Below are positions 1 to 13,036 of a stretch of DNA of 64,000 nucleotides, piece by piece. The stretch comes from Macrostomum lignano (taxonomy: Eukaryota). The translations under genes and the position numbers were made by a program. The notes under the pieces are model-generated. The model was not told the origin of the DNA and made no database searches. It saw nothing but the letters and a program-made list of their open reading frames with translations. Position 1 is the stretch's first letter; each line of letters begins with the position of its first letter. The stretch is taken from contig NIVC01003752.1 in the NCBI GenBank assembly GCA_002269645.1, positions 1-64,000 of the forward strand, written 5' to 3'.

Positions 1-433
1 ATACAAATATAACTGGCTGTCAATCTAAAAATCTCTACAAGCTGCCCTGAAAATAACAAAATGTTCATCGACTGCTTTATTAAATATTTGATGTTCGTTC
101 ATTCCTTCATTCTTATAAATGTTTATTAAGCGAGCTGGAAATAAAGGAGAGAGAAGAGGAAAGAGGAGATGAGAGATGAGAGAAGAGAGCTGAGAAGAGA
201 CCCAAAACTAATTGGTCTGCGGTTAGACTAGCTGTAGCTGTGAATTAAATACTTAATTACTATCTGCAATCTAACAAAGGTTGGACAATCTGAGCAAAAA
301 CGCGCGCTGAGGTGGCTGTGCAGACGACTTAAAGTACAATTCAAACGTTGGCGCATGCTTCGCCTGCAAGAGGCAATTTTGAATTCGACGTTCGCACGAT
401 GGTCAAGGTGATCGGGGCGGATAGTTCACCCAG

Positions 434-1012
434 GTGATTCGCCAGCTCAGACGCGTTGCGGATGCCAGCGTCCAGACGTTATCGACTGATGACAGCAGCA
501 TCAGGAGCTGCGCCTCAGCGGCCAGTGGCGTTTCGAAGCTGAGGACGGCTCGGTGCTGCTCGGGGACCGCGGCAGCGTTGTCATCTCGCAGTCGAACGTC
601 GAACGTTACGTGCCGTCGCAGCCGCCTTCCTTGGCCTCCTCTGTAGCCGGAGACGATCTAGCTGAGGACCAGATGATGTCGATGTTTCCCATCACGGCTC
701 ACTTCATCATTCGCAGCACTTGCAGTCGCAACATCAGCATCACTCCATCAACCTACTGAGTCCGCCAACGCCAACCGTGGCGGCCAACTACTGTCGCCTT
801 CGATTCACCTGAGACCCCGACCAAGCGGTTTTGGAACCGGCAGTTACGAGCCGCGTCGTTGCAGCAGCACCACATGCATTACTATCAGCAGGCAGCCTCA
901 GTCTCTGCCAACGTCAGCTGCGACTGCTCAACAGTCGATGTACGGCGGCAGCGGCGTGGTGACTCCGCAGTCAGCGCGCATGACAATTGGGCGGCATACA
1001 AGGACGGGTCAG
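434..1012 (+). CDS. Probable coding exon of an unidentified low-complexity (Ser/His/Gln-rich) protein; frame broken by apparent indels
   Basis: Acceptor cccAG at 432-433 and donor GTGAGC at 1013. GC- and CpG-rich, coding-like composition against AT-rich flanks. Overlapping ORFs 434-646, 553-759 and 859-1095. No recognisable domain. Confidence 0.4.
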
Positions 1013-1088
1013 GTGAGCTTCTCGAGCTTTTGATCTTTTTAAATGCTTTTCTATACGTATTTCTGTTGGTAAGCGAGGAGTGTAATAC

Positions 1089-1447
1089 TTGGTGAGACAT
1101 GGATTGGCTTGGTGAGACCTGGATTGGCTGGGTGAGACATGGATTGGCTTGGTGAGACATGGATTGTCTTGGTGAGACATGGATTGGCTTGGTGAGACAT
1201 GGATTGGCTGGGTGAGACATGGATTGGCTTGGTGAGACATGGATTGGCCTGGGTGAGACATGGATTGGCTTGGTGAGACATGGATTGGCTGGGTGAGACA
1301 TGGATTGGCTTGGTGAGACATGGATTGGCCTGGGTGAGACATGGATTGGCTTGGTGAGACATGGATTGGCCTGGGTGAGACATGGATTGGCTTGGTGAGA
1401 CATGGACTGACTTGGTGAGACATGGATTGGCTTGGTGAGACATGGAT
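1089..1447. repeat. Minisatellite, 20-21 bp unit ttggtgagacatggattggc, about 17 copies
   Basis: Direct tandem repeat; explains the repetitive minus-strand ORFs 885-1606. Confidence 0.95.
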
Positions 1448-2227
1448 CGTGATTTTGGCGAGACTGATCTTATTGGTGTAAATAACGATGCCAAACAATA
1501 TTTCCATTGCAGTACCCAGTGTCGAGGCATTCCTAAGCCAAAAAAAGCACTGAGCAGCACTACCGATTACTTGACAATTCGTTATAATGTGACGAGCTAA
1601 TTTCAAGGATTGGAATATATTTATTTTGCTACAATTTTACACTGTTATTATGATTGTTATTACTATTTATATTATACCACAATAGCTGCTTATTATTTAC
1701 GTTTGAAATTTGTATTTTTGGTCAATAGTAAATTTTTGGAGTAACGCAGCATTCATCGATTTCTAAAATCTATTCTTCCAATTAAAAAAAATCAAAATCA
1801 ATTAATTTCCTAGCTATATATAAATAAAGAAAATATTTGAGACACCCTGCTGTCTTTGCTCCTAAAATTTACTATTTTACAATTCTTTTAACTGACAAAA
1901 TTTAGCATGTCTAAATGATTAACCGTAGTAGCTCGTACTTAAACTAATAAACATTTTACAATACTATTTTTTTTGTTTTTTTTCATAATCGCATGCAGCC
2001 ATTAACCACAAACTGCAGTTTTGCTGTGCACTTTTGCGTATTGTATGTGATCAATATGCTTAAAAATACATTACATTTGTTAGATTCTTGTTTCCATCAA
2101 TAAAACTTAGAGCTAAAATCATATAAAAATTATACCAAATTTTAACTATCAAGCTACTATACGTTGTCTCTAATTTTTATTTAGCTCGGAGCAATTCCTT
2201 AAGGATTGAACATTTACGGTGTGCAAA

Positions 2228-4333
2228 CAATTATCACTGATTAAGTTGACCAATTCCCGATCTGAGACCAATTATCACTGATTAAGTTGACCAATTCCCG
2301 ATCTGAGACCAATTATCACTGATTAAGTTGACCAATTCCCGATCTGAGACCAATCATCACTGATTAAGTTGACCAATTCCCGATCTGAGACCAATTATCA
2401 CTGATTAAGTTGACCAATTCCCGATCTGAGACCAATCATCACTGATTAAGTTGACCAATTCCCGATCTGAGACCAATTATCACTGATTAAGTTGACCAAT
2501 TCCCGATCTGAGACCAATCATCACTGATTGTGTTGACCAATTCCCGATCTGAGACCAATCATCACTGATTAAGTTGACCAATTCCCGATCTGAGACCAAT
2601 TATCACTGATTGTGTTGACCAATTCCCGATCTGAGACCAATTATCACTGATTGTGTTGACCAATTCCCGATCTGAGACCAATTATCACTGATTAAGTTGA
2701 CCAATTCCCGATCTGAGACCAATTATCACTGATTAAGTTGACCAATTCCCGATCTGAGACCAATTATCACTGATTAAGTTGACCAATTCCCGATCTGAGA
2801 CCAATTATCACTGATTAAGTTGACCAATTCCCGATCTGAGACCAATCATCACTGATTGTGTTGACCAATTCCCGATCTGAGACCAATCATCACTGATTAA
2901 GTTGACCAATTCCCGATCTGAGACCAATTATCACTGATTAAGTTGACCAATTCCCGATCTGAGACCAATTATCACTGATTAAGTTGACCAATTCCCGATC
3001 TGAGACCAATTATCACTGATTAAGTTGACCAATTCACGATCTGAGACCAATCATCACTGATTGTGTTGACCAATTCACGATCTGAGACCAATTATCACTG
3101 ATTAAGTTGACCAATTCCCGATCTGAGACCAATTATCACTGATTAAGTTGACCAATTCCCGATCTGAGACCAATTATCACTGATTAAGTTGACCAATTCC
3201 CGATCTGAGACCAATTATCACTGATTGTGTTGACCAATTCACGATCTGAGACCAATTATCACTGATTGTGTTGACCAATTCCCGATCTGAGACCAATTAT
3301 CACTGATTGTGTTGACCAATTCCCGATCTGAGACCAATTATCACTGATTGTGTTGACCAATTCCCGATCTGAGACCAATTATCACTGATTGTGTTGACCA
3401 ATTCCCGATCTGAGACCAATTATCACTGATTAAGTTGACCAATTCCCGATCTGAGACCAATCATCACTGATTAAGTTGACCAATTCCCGATCTGAGACCA
3501 ATCATCACTGATTAAGTTGACCAATTCCCGATCTGAGACCAATTATCACTGATTAAGTTGACCAATTCCCGATCTGAGACCAATCATCACTGATTGTGTT
3601 GACCAATTCCCGATCTGAGACCAATTATCACTGATTAAGTTGACCAATTCCCGATCTGAGACCAATCATCACTGATTAAGTTGACCAATTCACGATCTGA
3701 GACCAATTATCACTGATTGTGTTGACCAATTCCCGATCTGAGACCAATTATCACTGATTGTGTTGACCAATTCCCGATCTGAGACCAATTATCACTGATT
3801 GTGTTGACCAATTCCCGATCTGAGACCGATTATCACTGATTAAGTTGACCAATTCCCGATCTGAGACCAATTATCACTGATTGTGTTGACCAATTCCCGA
3901 TCTGAGACCAATTATCACTGATTAAGTTGACCAATTCCCGATCTGAGACCAATTATCACTGATTAAGTTGACCAATTCCCGATCTGAGACCAATTATCAC
4001 TGATTAAGTTGACCAATTCCCGATCTGAGACCAATTATCACTGATTAAGTTGACCAATTCACGATCTGAGACCAATTATCACTGATTGTGTTGACCAATT
4101 CCCGATCTGAGACCAATTATCACTGATTGTGTTGACCAATTCCCGATCTGAGACCGATTATCACTGATTAAGTTGACCAATTCCCGATCTGAGACCAATT
4201 ATCACTGATTGTGTTGACCAATTCCCGATCTGAGACCAATTATCACTGATTAAGTTGACCAATTCCCGATCTGAGACCAATTATCACTGATTAAGTTGAC
4301 CAATTCACGATCTGAGACCAATTATCACTGATT
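2228..4333. repeat. Minisatellite, 41 bp unit ccaattatcactgattaagttgaccaattcccgatctgaga, about 51 copies; short continuation at about 4558-4615
   Basis: Period 41 measured (2228 to 2269). Variants ttaag/ttgtg, tt/tc and ccc/cac. Confidence 0.97.
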
Positions 4334-4334
4334 A

Positions 4335-4506
4335 CAGGGGCGTCGCCACCGGGGGGACCAACATGAGTGCCTGCGGCGCTAAAATGAGTGCCTGCGGCGC
4401 AAAAATGAGTGCCTGCGGCGCTAAAATGAGTGCCTGCGGCGCAAAAATGAGTGCCTGCGGCGCAAAAATGAGCACGCGGGGGGGGGGGCAACAGGCACTT
4501 CGACAA
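4335..4506 (+). mobile_element. Short hAT-like end fragment carrying five 21-bp repeats (aaaatgagtgcctgcggcgc), embedded in the 41-bp array
   Basis: Begins caggggcgtcgccaccgggggg, nearly identical to the hAT terminus at 34212 (reverse complement caggcgcgtcgccaccgggggggg). No matching right TIR found. Confidence 0.45.
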
Positions 4507-5265
4507 CACTGATTCGGAAATAATTTACATGTAGGAATTTACTCATGTACACACGTACCAATCATCACTGATTGTGTTGACCAATTCACGATCTGAGACC
4601 GATTATCACTGATTAATCATAAGTTGACCCATTCACGAACAGTTATATGAGCATGTGAAACTGCGTGTATGAATGCATTATAAATAGATTAGCTATGCAT
4701 TGGGGAGCTACGCTCGTACACAATATTCACCTGTTCGGAGTCCATGCAGGTAAGATCGATTGAAGCCCTCTTGAGTCAGGCCTGAATGAGCTAGGGGGGA
4801 TATCGCGATATAGAGAAGTAGCTTGAGCACTTCGACACGAGCTCAACCACCCATCTGCGTGCTTACAAGATGTCACTGTCACCTAATTCTATTTCAGACA
4901 ACAGTGCTTCCCACCTCTGAATGCAACGAAAGTTTTATTCAATAGAATTATAACATGGAATATTGTTGACAGGCGGAAGAGCCTAAGTAATACGACCGAA
5001 ATATTGTTTAAGTTTTGTGAAATTTTTCCAGAACTTTCATGTCTTACTGGCATGCATGGTTGATGGGGTGATAAAACAAATTAGCTACTTGCAACGAGCT
5101 AGATATCCACACGTATCTCGCATTCTTCCTTTGAGAAGATCGTTGAAGCTTGTTGAGGTGTTTTGAAGTTGAGGTGTTTTAGCGTCCTTTGTAAAAGAAC
5201 TTGTTGCACATGGCATTACCTGCAAAATAGAAATTATTGTATATATATATATCAGTCCCCGGTAC

Positions 5266-6623
5266 ATTTCATTTGACTGAGTGCCACTTCAATTGACTGA
5301 GTGCCATTTCAATTGACTGAGTGCCATTTCATTTGACTGAGTGCCATTTCAATTGACTGAGTGCCATTTTATTTGACTGAGTGCCATTTTGTTTGACTGA
5401 GTGCCACTCAATTTGACTGAGTGCCATTTCAATTGACTGAGTGCCATTTTATTTGACTGAGTGCCATTTTGTTTGACTGAATGCCACTCAATTTGACTGA
5501 GTGCCATTTCAATTTGACTGAGTGCCATTTTGTTTGACTGAATGCCATTTCATTTGACTGAGTGCCACTTCAATTGACTGAGTGCCATTTTATTTGACTG
5601 AGGGCCATTTCATTTGACTGAGTGCCATTTCATTTGACTGAGTGCCACTTCAATTGACTGAGTGCCATTTTATTTGACTGAGTGTCATTTCATTTGACTG
5701 AGTGCCATTTTGTTTGACTGAGTGCCACTCAATTTGACTGAATGCCATTTTATTTGACTGAGTGCCATTTCATTTGACTGAGTGCCACTTCAATTGACTG
5801 AGTGTCATTTCATTTGACTGAGTGCCATTTCATTTGACTGAGTGCCATTTTGTTTGACTGAGTGCCATTTTATTTGACCGAATGCCATTTTATTTGACTG
5901 AATGCCATTTTTTGACTGAGTGCCACTCAATTTGACTGAGTGCCATTTCATTTGACTGAGTGCCACTTCAATTGACTGAGTGTCATTTCATTTGACTGAG
6001 TGCCATTTCATTTGACTGAATGCCATTTCATTTGACTGAGTGCCATTTCATTTGACTGAGTGCCACTTCAATTGACTGAGTGTCATTTCATTTGACTGAG
6101 TGCCATTTCATTTGACTGAGTGCCATTTCAATTTGACTGAGTGCCACTTCATTTGACTGAGTGCCATTTCATTTGACTGAATGCCACTTCAATTGACTGA
6201 GTGTCATTTCATTTGACTGAGTGCCATTTCATTTGACTGAGTGCCACTTCAATTGACTGAGTGTCATTTCATTTGACTGAGTGCCATTTCATTTGACTGA
6301 GTGCCACTTCAATTGACTGAGTGTCATTTCATTTGACTGAGTGCCATTTCAATTTGACTGAGTGCCACTTCATTTGACTGAATGCCATTTCAATTTGACT
6401 GAGTGCCATTTCATTTGACTGAATGCCATTTCATTTGACTGAGTGCCACTTCATTTGACTGAGTGCCATTTTATTTGATTGGGTGCCATTTCAATTTGAC
6501 TGAGTGCCATTTCAATTGACTGAGTGTCATTTCAATTGACTGAGTGCCACTTTAATTGACTGAGTGCCATTTCATTTGACTGAATGCCATTTCAATTTGA
6601 CTGAGTGCCATTTCAATTGACTA
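5266..6623. repeat. Minisatellite, 20-21 bp unit atttcatttgactgagtgcc, about 65 copies
   Basis: Direct tandem repeat. Confidence 0.97.
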
Positions 6624-7379
6624 AGCGACAGGTAAACACACTAAAATGTTTTTGAATAGCGATGCAGTGCGTATCAATAAGCCGTTTCAACAGAATTACA
6701 GAATCCTACTAGATACATGTACCGAAGTTACCAGTTTACGGTACTCGTATAACTAATGATTTATACGATTGTATACGATCGACTAAAATCAATAACTGAC
6801 ACATACGAGTATCTAAATGTAGTCAGAATTTAGGAGCTGCAAACCTAAAGTGTCTGGAGAATTCTGATTGGCCAATGATAGAACGAGAAACACTCTTTTA
6901 AGGTAGAGCGAGAGACCCAATGAAACGGCTTATAGTTAATAACTGTGGCAGAATCAACTGAAAAAAATATATTTAGACAGCGTACAATAATGCAGCTTGA
7001 GCTTTGCAGAATCTGGCAACAGACGATTTGAGACGAAGTAAGAGTAAAATTATACATTTTGTCACCATTCAATGCTGTAGAATTTCCCCAATAAGTATTA
7101 TCGACATAAAAAGACCGCAAATCATCATCTTTAGGATAGCGAGATCATTATAAATCTTGCCCAAAAGCAATATGAACTTTGTTTTCGCCACTTTGTTGCT
7201 CATCTCTGCTTTTAGCGGTGAGTAAAGCAAAAAAGTACATTTGATACTAAATGATTTAGTCACGTTTTTTAATAACACAAATGAGTTTTACATCACTAAC
7301 TCATTTCAGCACTGGGGCTTGAGTCTGAGGCTCACTATGTCACAGATTCAATGGACGAGTTGGGAATTGTAAGCGAGTC

Positions 7380-7885
7380 GAAGTGGCTGTCTGACGGAAT
7401 CCGTGCCAAGAAGTGGCTGTCTGACGGAATCCGTGCCAAGAAGTGGCTGTCTGACGGAATCCGTGCCAAGAAGTGGCTGTCTGACGGAATCCGTGCCAAG
7501 AAGTGGCTGTTGCATGGAATCCGTGCCAAGAAGTGGCTGTCTGACGGAATCCGTGCCAAGAAGTGGCTGTCGCATGGAATCCGTGCCAAGAAGTGGCTGT
7601 TGCATGGAATCCGTGCCAAGAAGTGGCTGTCTGACGGAATCCGTTCCAAGAAGTGGCTGTCGCATGGAATCCGTGCCAAGAAGTGGCTGTCTGACGGAAT
7701 CCGTTCCAAGAAGTGGCTGTCGCATGGAATCCGTGCCAAGAAGTGGCTGTCGCATGGAATCCGTTCCAAGAAGTGGCTGTCGCATGGAATCCGTGCCAAG
7801 AAGTGGCTGTCGCATGGAATCCGTGCCAAGAAGTGGCTGTCGCATGGAATCCGTGCCAAGAAGTGGCTGTCTGACGGAATCCGTT
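7380..7885. repeat. Minisatellite, 30 bp unit aagaagtggctgtctgacggaatccgtgcc, about 17 copies
   Basis: Direct tandem repeat; source of the repetitive ORFs 7335-8002. Confidence 0.97.
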
Positions 7886-8717
7886 TCAAAAAGTAACTTC
7901 TTTACAACCAGAACATTCTGTATGATGAATTGGAAGAATAGAAAGTCTATTGCCATTTTGAAAATTCCATTCAGTAAGAATCCAGGTATTGATTTAGTTT
8001 AAAACTAAGTATAACACGAACTCACGATCTTTTGAAAAGCAGTTTCTGTGACGAAATAAACGTGTTACTGACGTCATATACTGCTAAAGTGCTGAAATCT
8101 AATGATAATTAACTATTGCTTTATAATCAAATTAAATAAGAGCCAACAAAATGCTATGCATTTTTAGATTAATCTACAACAAAATGGCAAACGTAAGAAA
8201 AAGGCGCATATATATTTTATTTTGATCATATAATGTCCAAACTTTGAGTTTTGTCGGAAAAATTATATAAAAACAACAACCCAGACTAAAAGACAGTTGA
8301 AAAGCAACAGAATGAATTCCTAATAAAGAGAGGAAACATCGATAAAAATCCCAAAAACTATCTTTTAACAATTAATTAGCATGACAATGAACACATACAA
8401 GGAAATATACTTTGCGAAACCAATAACCATTGGCACTGAACCTTCAATTCTAACGTCAAATAAAAGTTTTATAGCATTTCAACTAAAACTTTATAATAAG
8501 ATTAATACTTGAGCTGTAGAAGTCTGAATTGTTTTTTGAATCCGAAAACAGAAAAAAATCTTTAAGTTAATAAACATGAACAAAGAAATAACTACCAAAG
8601 CTTTACAGATAAAGAAGCATACAGATTGCTATGCGTATAGTGATTACACAGCTTCAATGATCAAGGACTACTTGTAGTAAGAAGACGCAGCAAAGGAGGC
8701 AAAGTATGTATTTATCT

Positions 8718-8840
8718 ATCCGTTCATCTATCTATCCATACGTCTATCTATCTATCTATGTATCTATGTATCTATCTATCTATGTATCTATCTATCTATT
8801 TATCTATGTATCTATCTATCTACCTTAATCTATCTATCAG
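8718..8840. repeat. (TATC)n microsatellite, imperfect
   Basis: Visible tetranucleotide repeat. Confidence 0.9.
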
Positions 8841-8936
8841 ACCTTCAAACAATTGTCAATCGTTTCTGTGCGTTACGCCCTCTTTAGCTACTTGTTGCTC
8901 TCGGGTAAGATAAATTGCAAGGCAATCGCGTCACAA

Positions 8937-9890
8937 TCAAGCAGCAGACTTCACTGACTGCTGACCCAATGCTGTCGTGGGCAGCTGGGTAGCCGCCTTA
9001 GCAACGATGTCCTCTCGTAGTTTAACCCAAGAGTAAGCGAACACACCTAAGCAGACTAGTAGTATAGCCATGACTTGTTCTAACGATATTGGATCGTTAA
9101 ATATCAGGTAGCCCAAAGTGAGAGCCGAACAGAATTTCAGATGTCCGGCCATATTATAGGTTAGAGCTGACGTATTGCCAATGATCCAATAGATGGACAA
9201 ATTAACAAGGAAGGCGATGCCAGCCGACAGGCCAACCATGCCGACAGCCTGACTGCTCAGAGTCAAACTGACACTCGACGGTGGCTCAAAATAAGCAATC
9301 GGTGGCAGTAGAAGCAGAGCAGACAAAGGCGCCTGATAGAACAGCAGCTGAGCAGAGTCGCACTGCAAATTAGACTGGAAAGTGCCAACCCAGATTTGGT
9401 AAAGCGACGTCACAAGCACGCCAGCCGCGGCAAATGCCATACCTATTGGGCTAAATTTTAAATCGTAGTGCGAATTCAAAGCAACACCAACAACAACCGG
9501 TAAAAAAGTGAGACGCAGACGCCAGGATGATGGTTTGCCATAAGCTACGGCATTAATAGTCATAATGCAGGGCGTAGTTAAAGTCTTTAACACCTGATAG
9601 GTGCCCACAGTGTTGAATTGCAGACTAAGATTTGTCAAGGCGACAAAGCCGCAGAAGGTGAGGGACAGAGGCAGCATACGAAGCACCGGGAGATTTTTCG
9701 GGCGGAAAATGCCAAACAATCTGCAGATTAGCAGGCCAAGAAAAGTGACAACAAAGTGTATCATTGTTAGAGTCAAATTGGGAAAGCCGTAATGCGTATA
9801 GACGTATTTGTTAACGCCAACAATGGCTACGGATACCAGGATGTTGAGGCACAGAATCGTGCCTATAAAACAGTCTGAACGACGAGCCAT
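8937..9890 (-). CDS. SLC35E3: Solute carrier family 35 member E3-like nucleotide-sugar/triose-phosphate transporter, intronless, 317 aa
   Basis: Multi-TM ORF with family motifs VNKYVY..GFPNLTLTMIHF, LTNLSLQFNTVGTYQ, QLLFYQAPLSA, VNLSIYWIIGNTSALTYNMAGHLK. Confidence 0.9.
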   Translation of the reverse strand: MARRSDCFIGTILCLNILVSVAIVGVNKYVYTHYGFPNLTLTMIHFVVTFLGLLICRLFGIFRPKNLPVLRMLPLSLTFCGFVALTNLSLQFNTVGTYQVLKTLTTPCIMTINAVAYGKPSSWRLRLTFLPVVVGVALNSHYDLKFSPIGMAFAAAGVLVTSLYQIWVGTFQSNLQCDSAQLLFYQAPLSALLLLPPIAYFEPPSSVSLTLSSQAVGMVGLSAGIAFLVNLSIYWIIGNTSALTYNMAGHLKFCSALTLGYLIFNDPISLEQVMAILLVCLGVFAYSWVKLREDIVAKAATQLPTTALGQQSVKSAA

Positions 9891-10304
9891 CGTGTCTTTG
9901 ATTATTAATTATTCTCTGCTTTCCGCAGGTGACGATTCACGAGGTCATTGTGACGTCATTAAAAGTTGATGGCCTCATGAATTTTGTCGAAAACAGTAAA
10001 TTTAAATGAAAACAAATTATAATCGACATTTTCTAGGTCGTACTTGATACTTTTCGATGACCTGAAGACAGAGAGAAGACAAGCATACATTCTACCTAAC
10101 CGCGTACAACATTATAAACTTAAGCTGTACCTATCTGTATAAAAAGTAAATAAAAGGAGGTTTTAAATAAACACAAAAACATAAATTTCAGTATGAAAAC
10201 CAACTATTAGGACTTTGTTAGATGACAAAATGCTTCACCAAAATTAATTTAGTCGGTGTATTTTTGAACAAAAACTCTAGCATAGAAGAGCACTGTAATG
10301 GCCT

Positions 10305-10612
10305 ATAGATTAGACAGTGTAACATACCCAATGATCTATAGATTATACACTGTAATATACTCAATGATCTATAGATGGGACAGTGTAACATACCCAATGA
10401 TCTATAGATTATACACTGTAATATACCCAATGATCTATAGATTATACACTGTAATATACCCAATGATCTATAGATTATACACTGTAATATACCCAATGAT
10501 CTATAGATTATACACTGTAATATACTCAATGATCTATAGATGGGACAGTGTAACATACCCAATGATCTATAGATGGGACAGTGTAACATACCCAATGATC
10601 TACAGATGGGAC
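10305..10612. repeat. Minisatellite, 33 bp unit, about 9 copies
   Basis: Unit caatgatctatagattatacactgtaatatacc (11-aa periodicity in the spurious ORFs). Confidence 0.93.
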
Positions 10613-10689
10613 ACCAAACCAGTATCGCAAACAAGGATAGCAAACGCACAAATGTAAGCAAGAAAGCATCATATCAAGTTGCAAAGAAG

Positions 10690-11105
10690 TCAACTAGAAG
10701 CAGGCGAAGCAGCATCGGTCACGTGCAGATCAGTCTGGCGTTGAATTAACTCCACCAAATCTGCCAGACTGAAATTGCCTGTCTTAACTAACAGCGACTG
10801 GCCGTCGAAATACGAGACGAGAAGGGTCGGCTCTGATCGATCGCCCGAATGACAACCTGACAGGGACACTCCAGATTGCTGGCTCGCCATCGCGGCGTGT
10901 GCAATACGCTGCACAGTTTTCTTAAAGAAGCCGACTGCGGATTAAACGGGTCGTATTCGAATCGAAAGCCGGAAATTGGTTTTAAATTGAATTTTCGCAG
11001 CTTGTCCCGAGATATCTGTTGGTCATTCTCCGATAGGCGATTACGAAAATACTTGATAAAAGGCACCGTCTTGTGCGGTCGCAGGGAGCCCCAACGAGTT
11101 GCCAT
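10690..11105 (-). CDS. MRPL53: Mitochondrial ribosomal protein L53-like; one frameshift near 10845
   Basis: FEYDPFNPQSASLRKL...RASNLECPCQVVIR joins GDRSEPTLLVSYFDGQSLLVKT if one G is restored in a GGG run. This matches the L53 pattern (PF...R..L...N..C.....D.SEP...V.F.DG). Confidence 0.7.
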
Positions 11106-11177
11106 GCTGACTGTTTAAATTGGATTCTCATAAATACAGCAGCGATTCAAAAGTTAGTGTTATGGGCTTAGTTGCTA

Positions 11178-11372
11178 CCCAGCATCTGAGAATCTGGGAG
11201 GCTGGTGGCCCAGCAACTGAGGATCTGGGAGGCTGGTGGCCCAGCAACTGAGGATCTGGGAGGCTGGTGGCCCAGCAACTGAGGATCTGGGAGGCTGGTG
11301 GCCCAGCAACTGAGGATCTGGGAGGCTGGTGGCCCAGCAACTGAGGATCTGGGAGGCTGACCCAGCAACTGG
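11178..11372. repeat. Minisatellite, 31 bp unit cccagcaactgaggatctgggaggctggtgg, about 6 copies; a single related inverted unit at about 36741-36768
   Basis: Period 31 (11178 to 11209). Confidence 0.92.
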
Positions 11373-11590
11373 AGACTGAGATAACAGCCGATGGTAGTGA
11401 GCATAGAATAGGGAATGGTAAGACCTGCTATTACAATAATAACAACCGAATTAATTGAACAGAAAGGCAACAGTAGAAAAAGTGAAAATATTTATCAACA
11501 ATCTTATATACGAATTATAATTTTTTGAATTACGCAAAAATCATTTATTGTGGAAAAACGTGATTCAATTAAAAAGTTGCAGTGGCCAAA

Positions 11591-11654
<64 letters not shown>
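11591..11654. repeat. (AGAC)n microsatellite
   Basis: About 16 perfect units. Confidence 0.95.
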
Positions 11655-12159
11655 TGTAGAAGGACAGAAAGACTCATTAAGTCTTTTTTGCAAAATAGAA
11701 ACTCTACAGTAAAAGTTTTGCATAAAAGGAGGTCAAATTGTATTTACAAACAGTATAAAGAATTAATTTAACAAAGAATCGTGTTAAGTCAATTAAAAAA
11801 GATCATCTGACATAACCTGAGATAGGCGATTTGAAGAGATGAAAATAATTTAATGAATAATTGTTCTTTTTTGATTTCCTCTTAGCAGAACAATTTCAAA
11901 CTGATTTTATTACAGTAAATAATTATTCTAGAAGCATTTACATCACTTAAAAAGAATTTGCTGTCTTTAAGTTCTTAGCAAATGTGCAAAATTAAAACAA
12001 AAAGTTAATACAAATAATTCGCTTTCGATATAAAATACTGAAAATTTTACGCGCATATATATTATATAATCGGGCTATTGCACAATAACACAAGGCACAA
12101 GAAAAGTAATAAACGTTTAATTGGCCAATTTTAATAACTTGTGAACAATTGTGCGCGAT

Positions 12160-12615
12160 TCCCCCGGTGCTTGATGGAATTCCCCCATTGCTCGATGGAA
12201 CTCCCCCATTGCTCGATGGAACTCCCCCATTGCTCGATGGAATTCCCTCGGTGCTTGATGGAATTCCCCCATTGCTTGATGGAATTCCCCCAGTGATTGA
12301 TGGAATTCCCCCGGTGCTTGATGGAATTTCCCCAGTGATTGATGGAATTCCCCCGGTGCTTGATGGAATTCCCCCATTGCTTGATGGAATTCCCCCCGGT
12401 GCTTGATGGAATTCCCCTAGTGATTGATAGAATTCCCCCGGTGCTTGATAGAATTCCCCCGGTGCTTGATGGAATTCCCCCGGTGCTTGATGGAATTCCC
12501 CCGGTGCTTGATGGAATTCCCCCAGTGCTTGATGGAATTCCCTCGGTGCTTTATGGAATTCCCCCGGTGCTTGATGGAATTCCCATGGTGCTTGATGGAA
12601 TTTCCTCATTGCTTG
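12160..12615. repeat. Minisatellite, 21 bp unit ccccggtgcttgatggaattc, about 21 copies
   Basis: Direct tandem repeat. Confidence 0.95.
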
Positions 12616-13036
12616 ACAGGAATATATTCAGGAATGATTTCAATTTAAATACAGAAAAATTTGACTTAGATGAATGAAAACTTAGAAAATGGAAATGTCT
12701 ATCAAATTATGAATTTGATGATAAAGATCAATAAACGATATTAAGTAGAAGCACCAGCTTTATTTGGAGTGCAAGTAGGAGCTACTTTATGCATAATTCA
12801 ATCGCAAATCACTTGGCCATTTAAACTAAGTACATTCAGCCACACTTTAAAAGATAGCAATTAAGGCAATTAAGCAGTAAAATATGGAAATGGCATTAAT
12901 ATATTCGCATAAAATTCCACTTTACAATTCCAGGATACGATATATCAATATACATATGGGCATACATGCACTTGACTTTTTGTGACAAAAAACCACGACT
13001 AAAACAGGATCCGTAGGGAATATGTGCACTAAAATA

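Noticed and set aside
2228-4333. CRISPR-like regular array
   Set aside because: Units are contiguous with no unique spacers, there are no cas genes, and the context is eukaryotic. The same applies to all other arrays.
7335-8002. Long repetitive ORFs (also 885-1606, 11992-14129, 17540-18358, 34325-34913, 55983-56453)
   Set aside because: Open in several frames on both strands only because the repeat units lack stops; not coding evidence.
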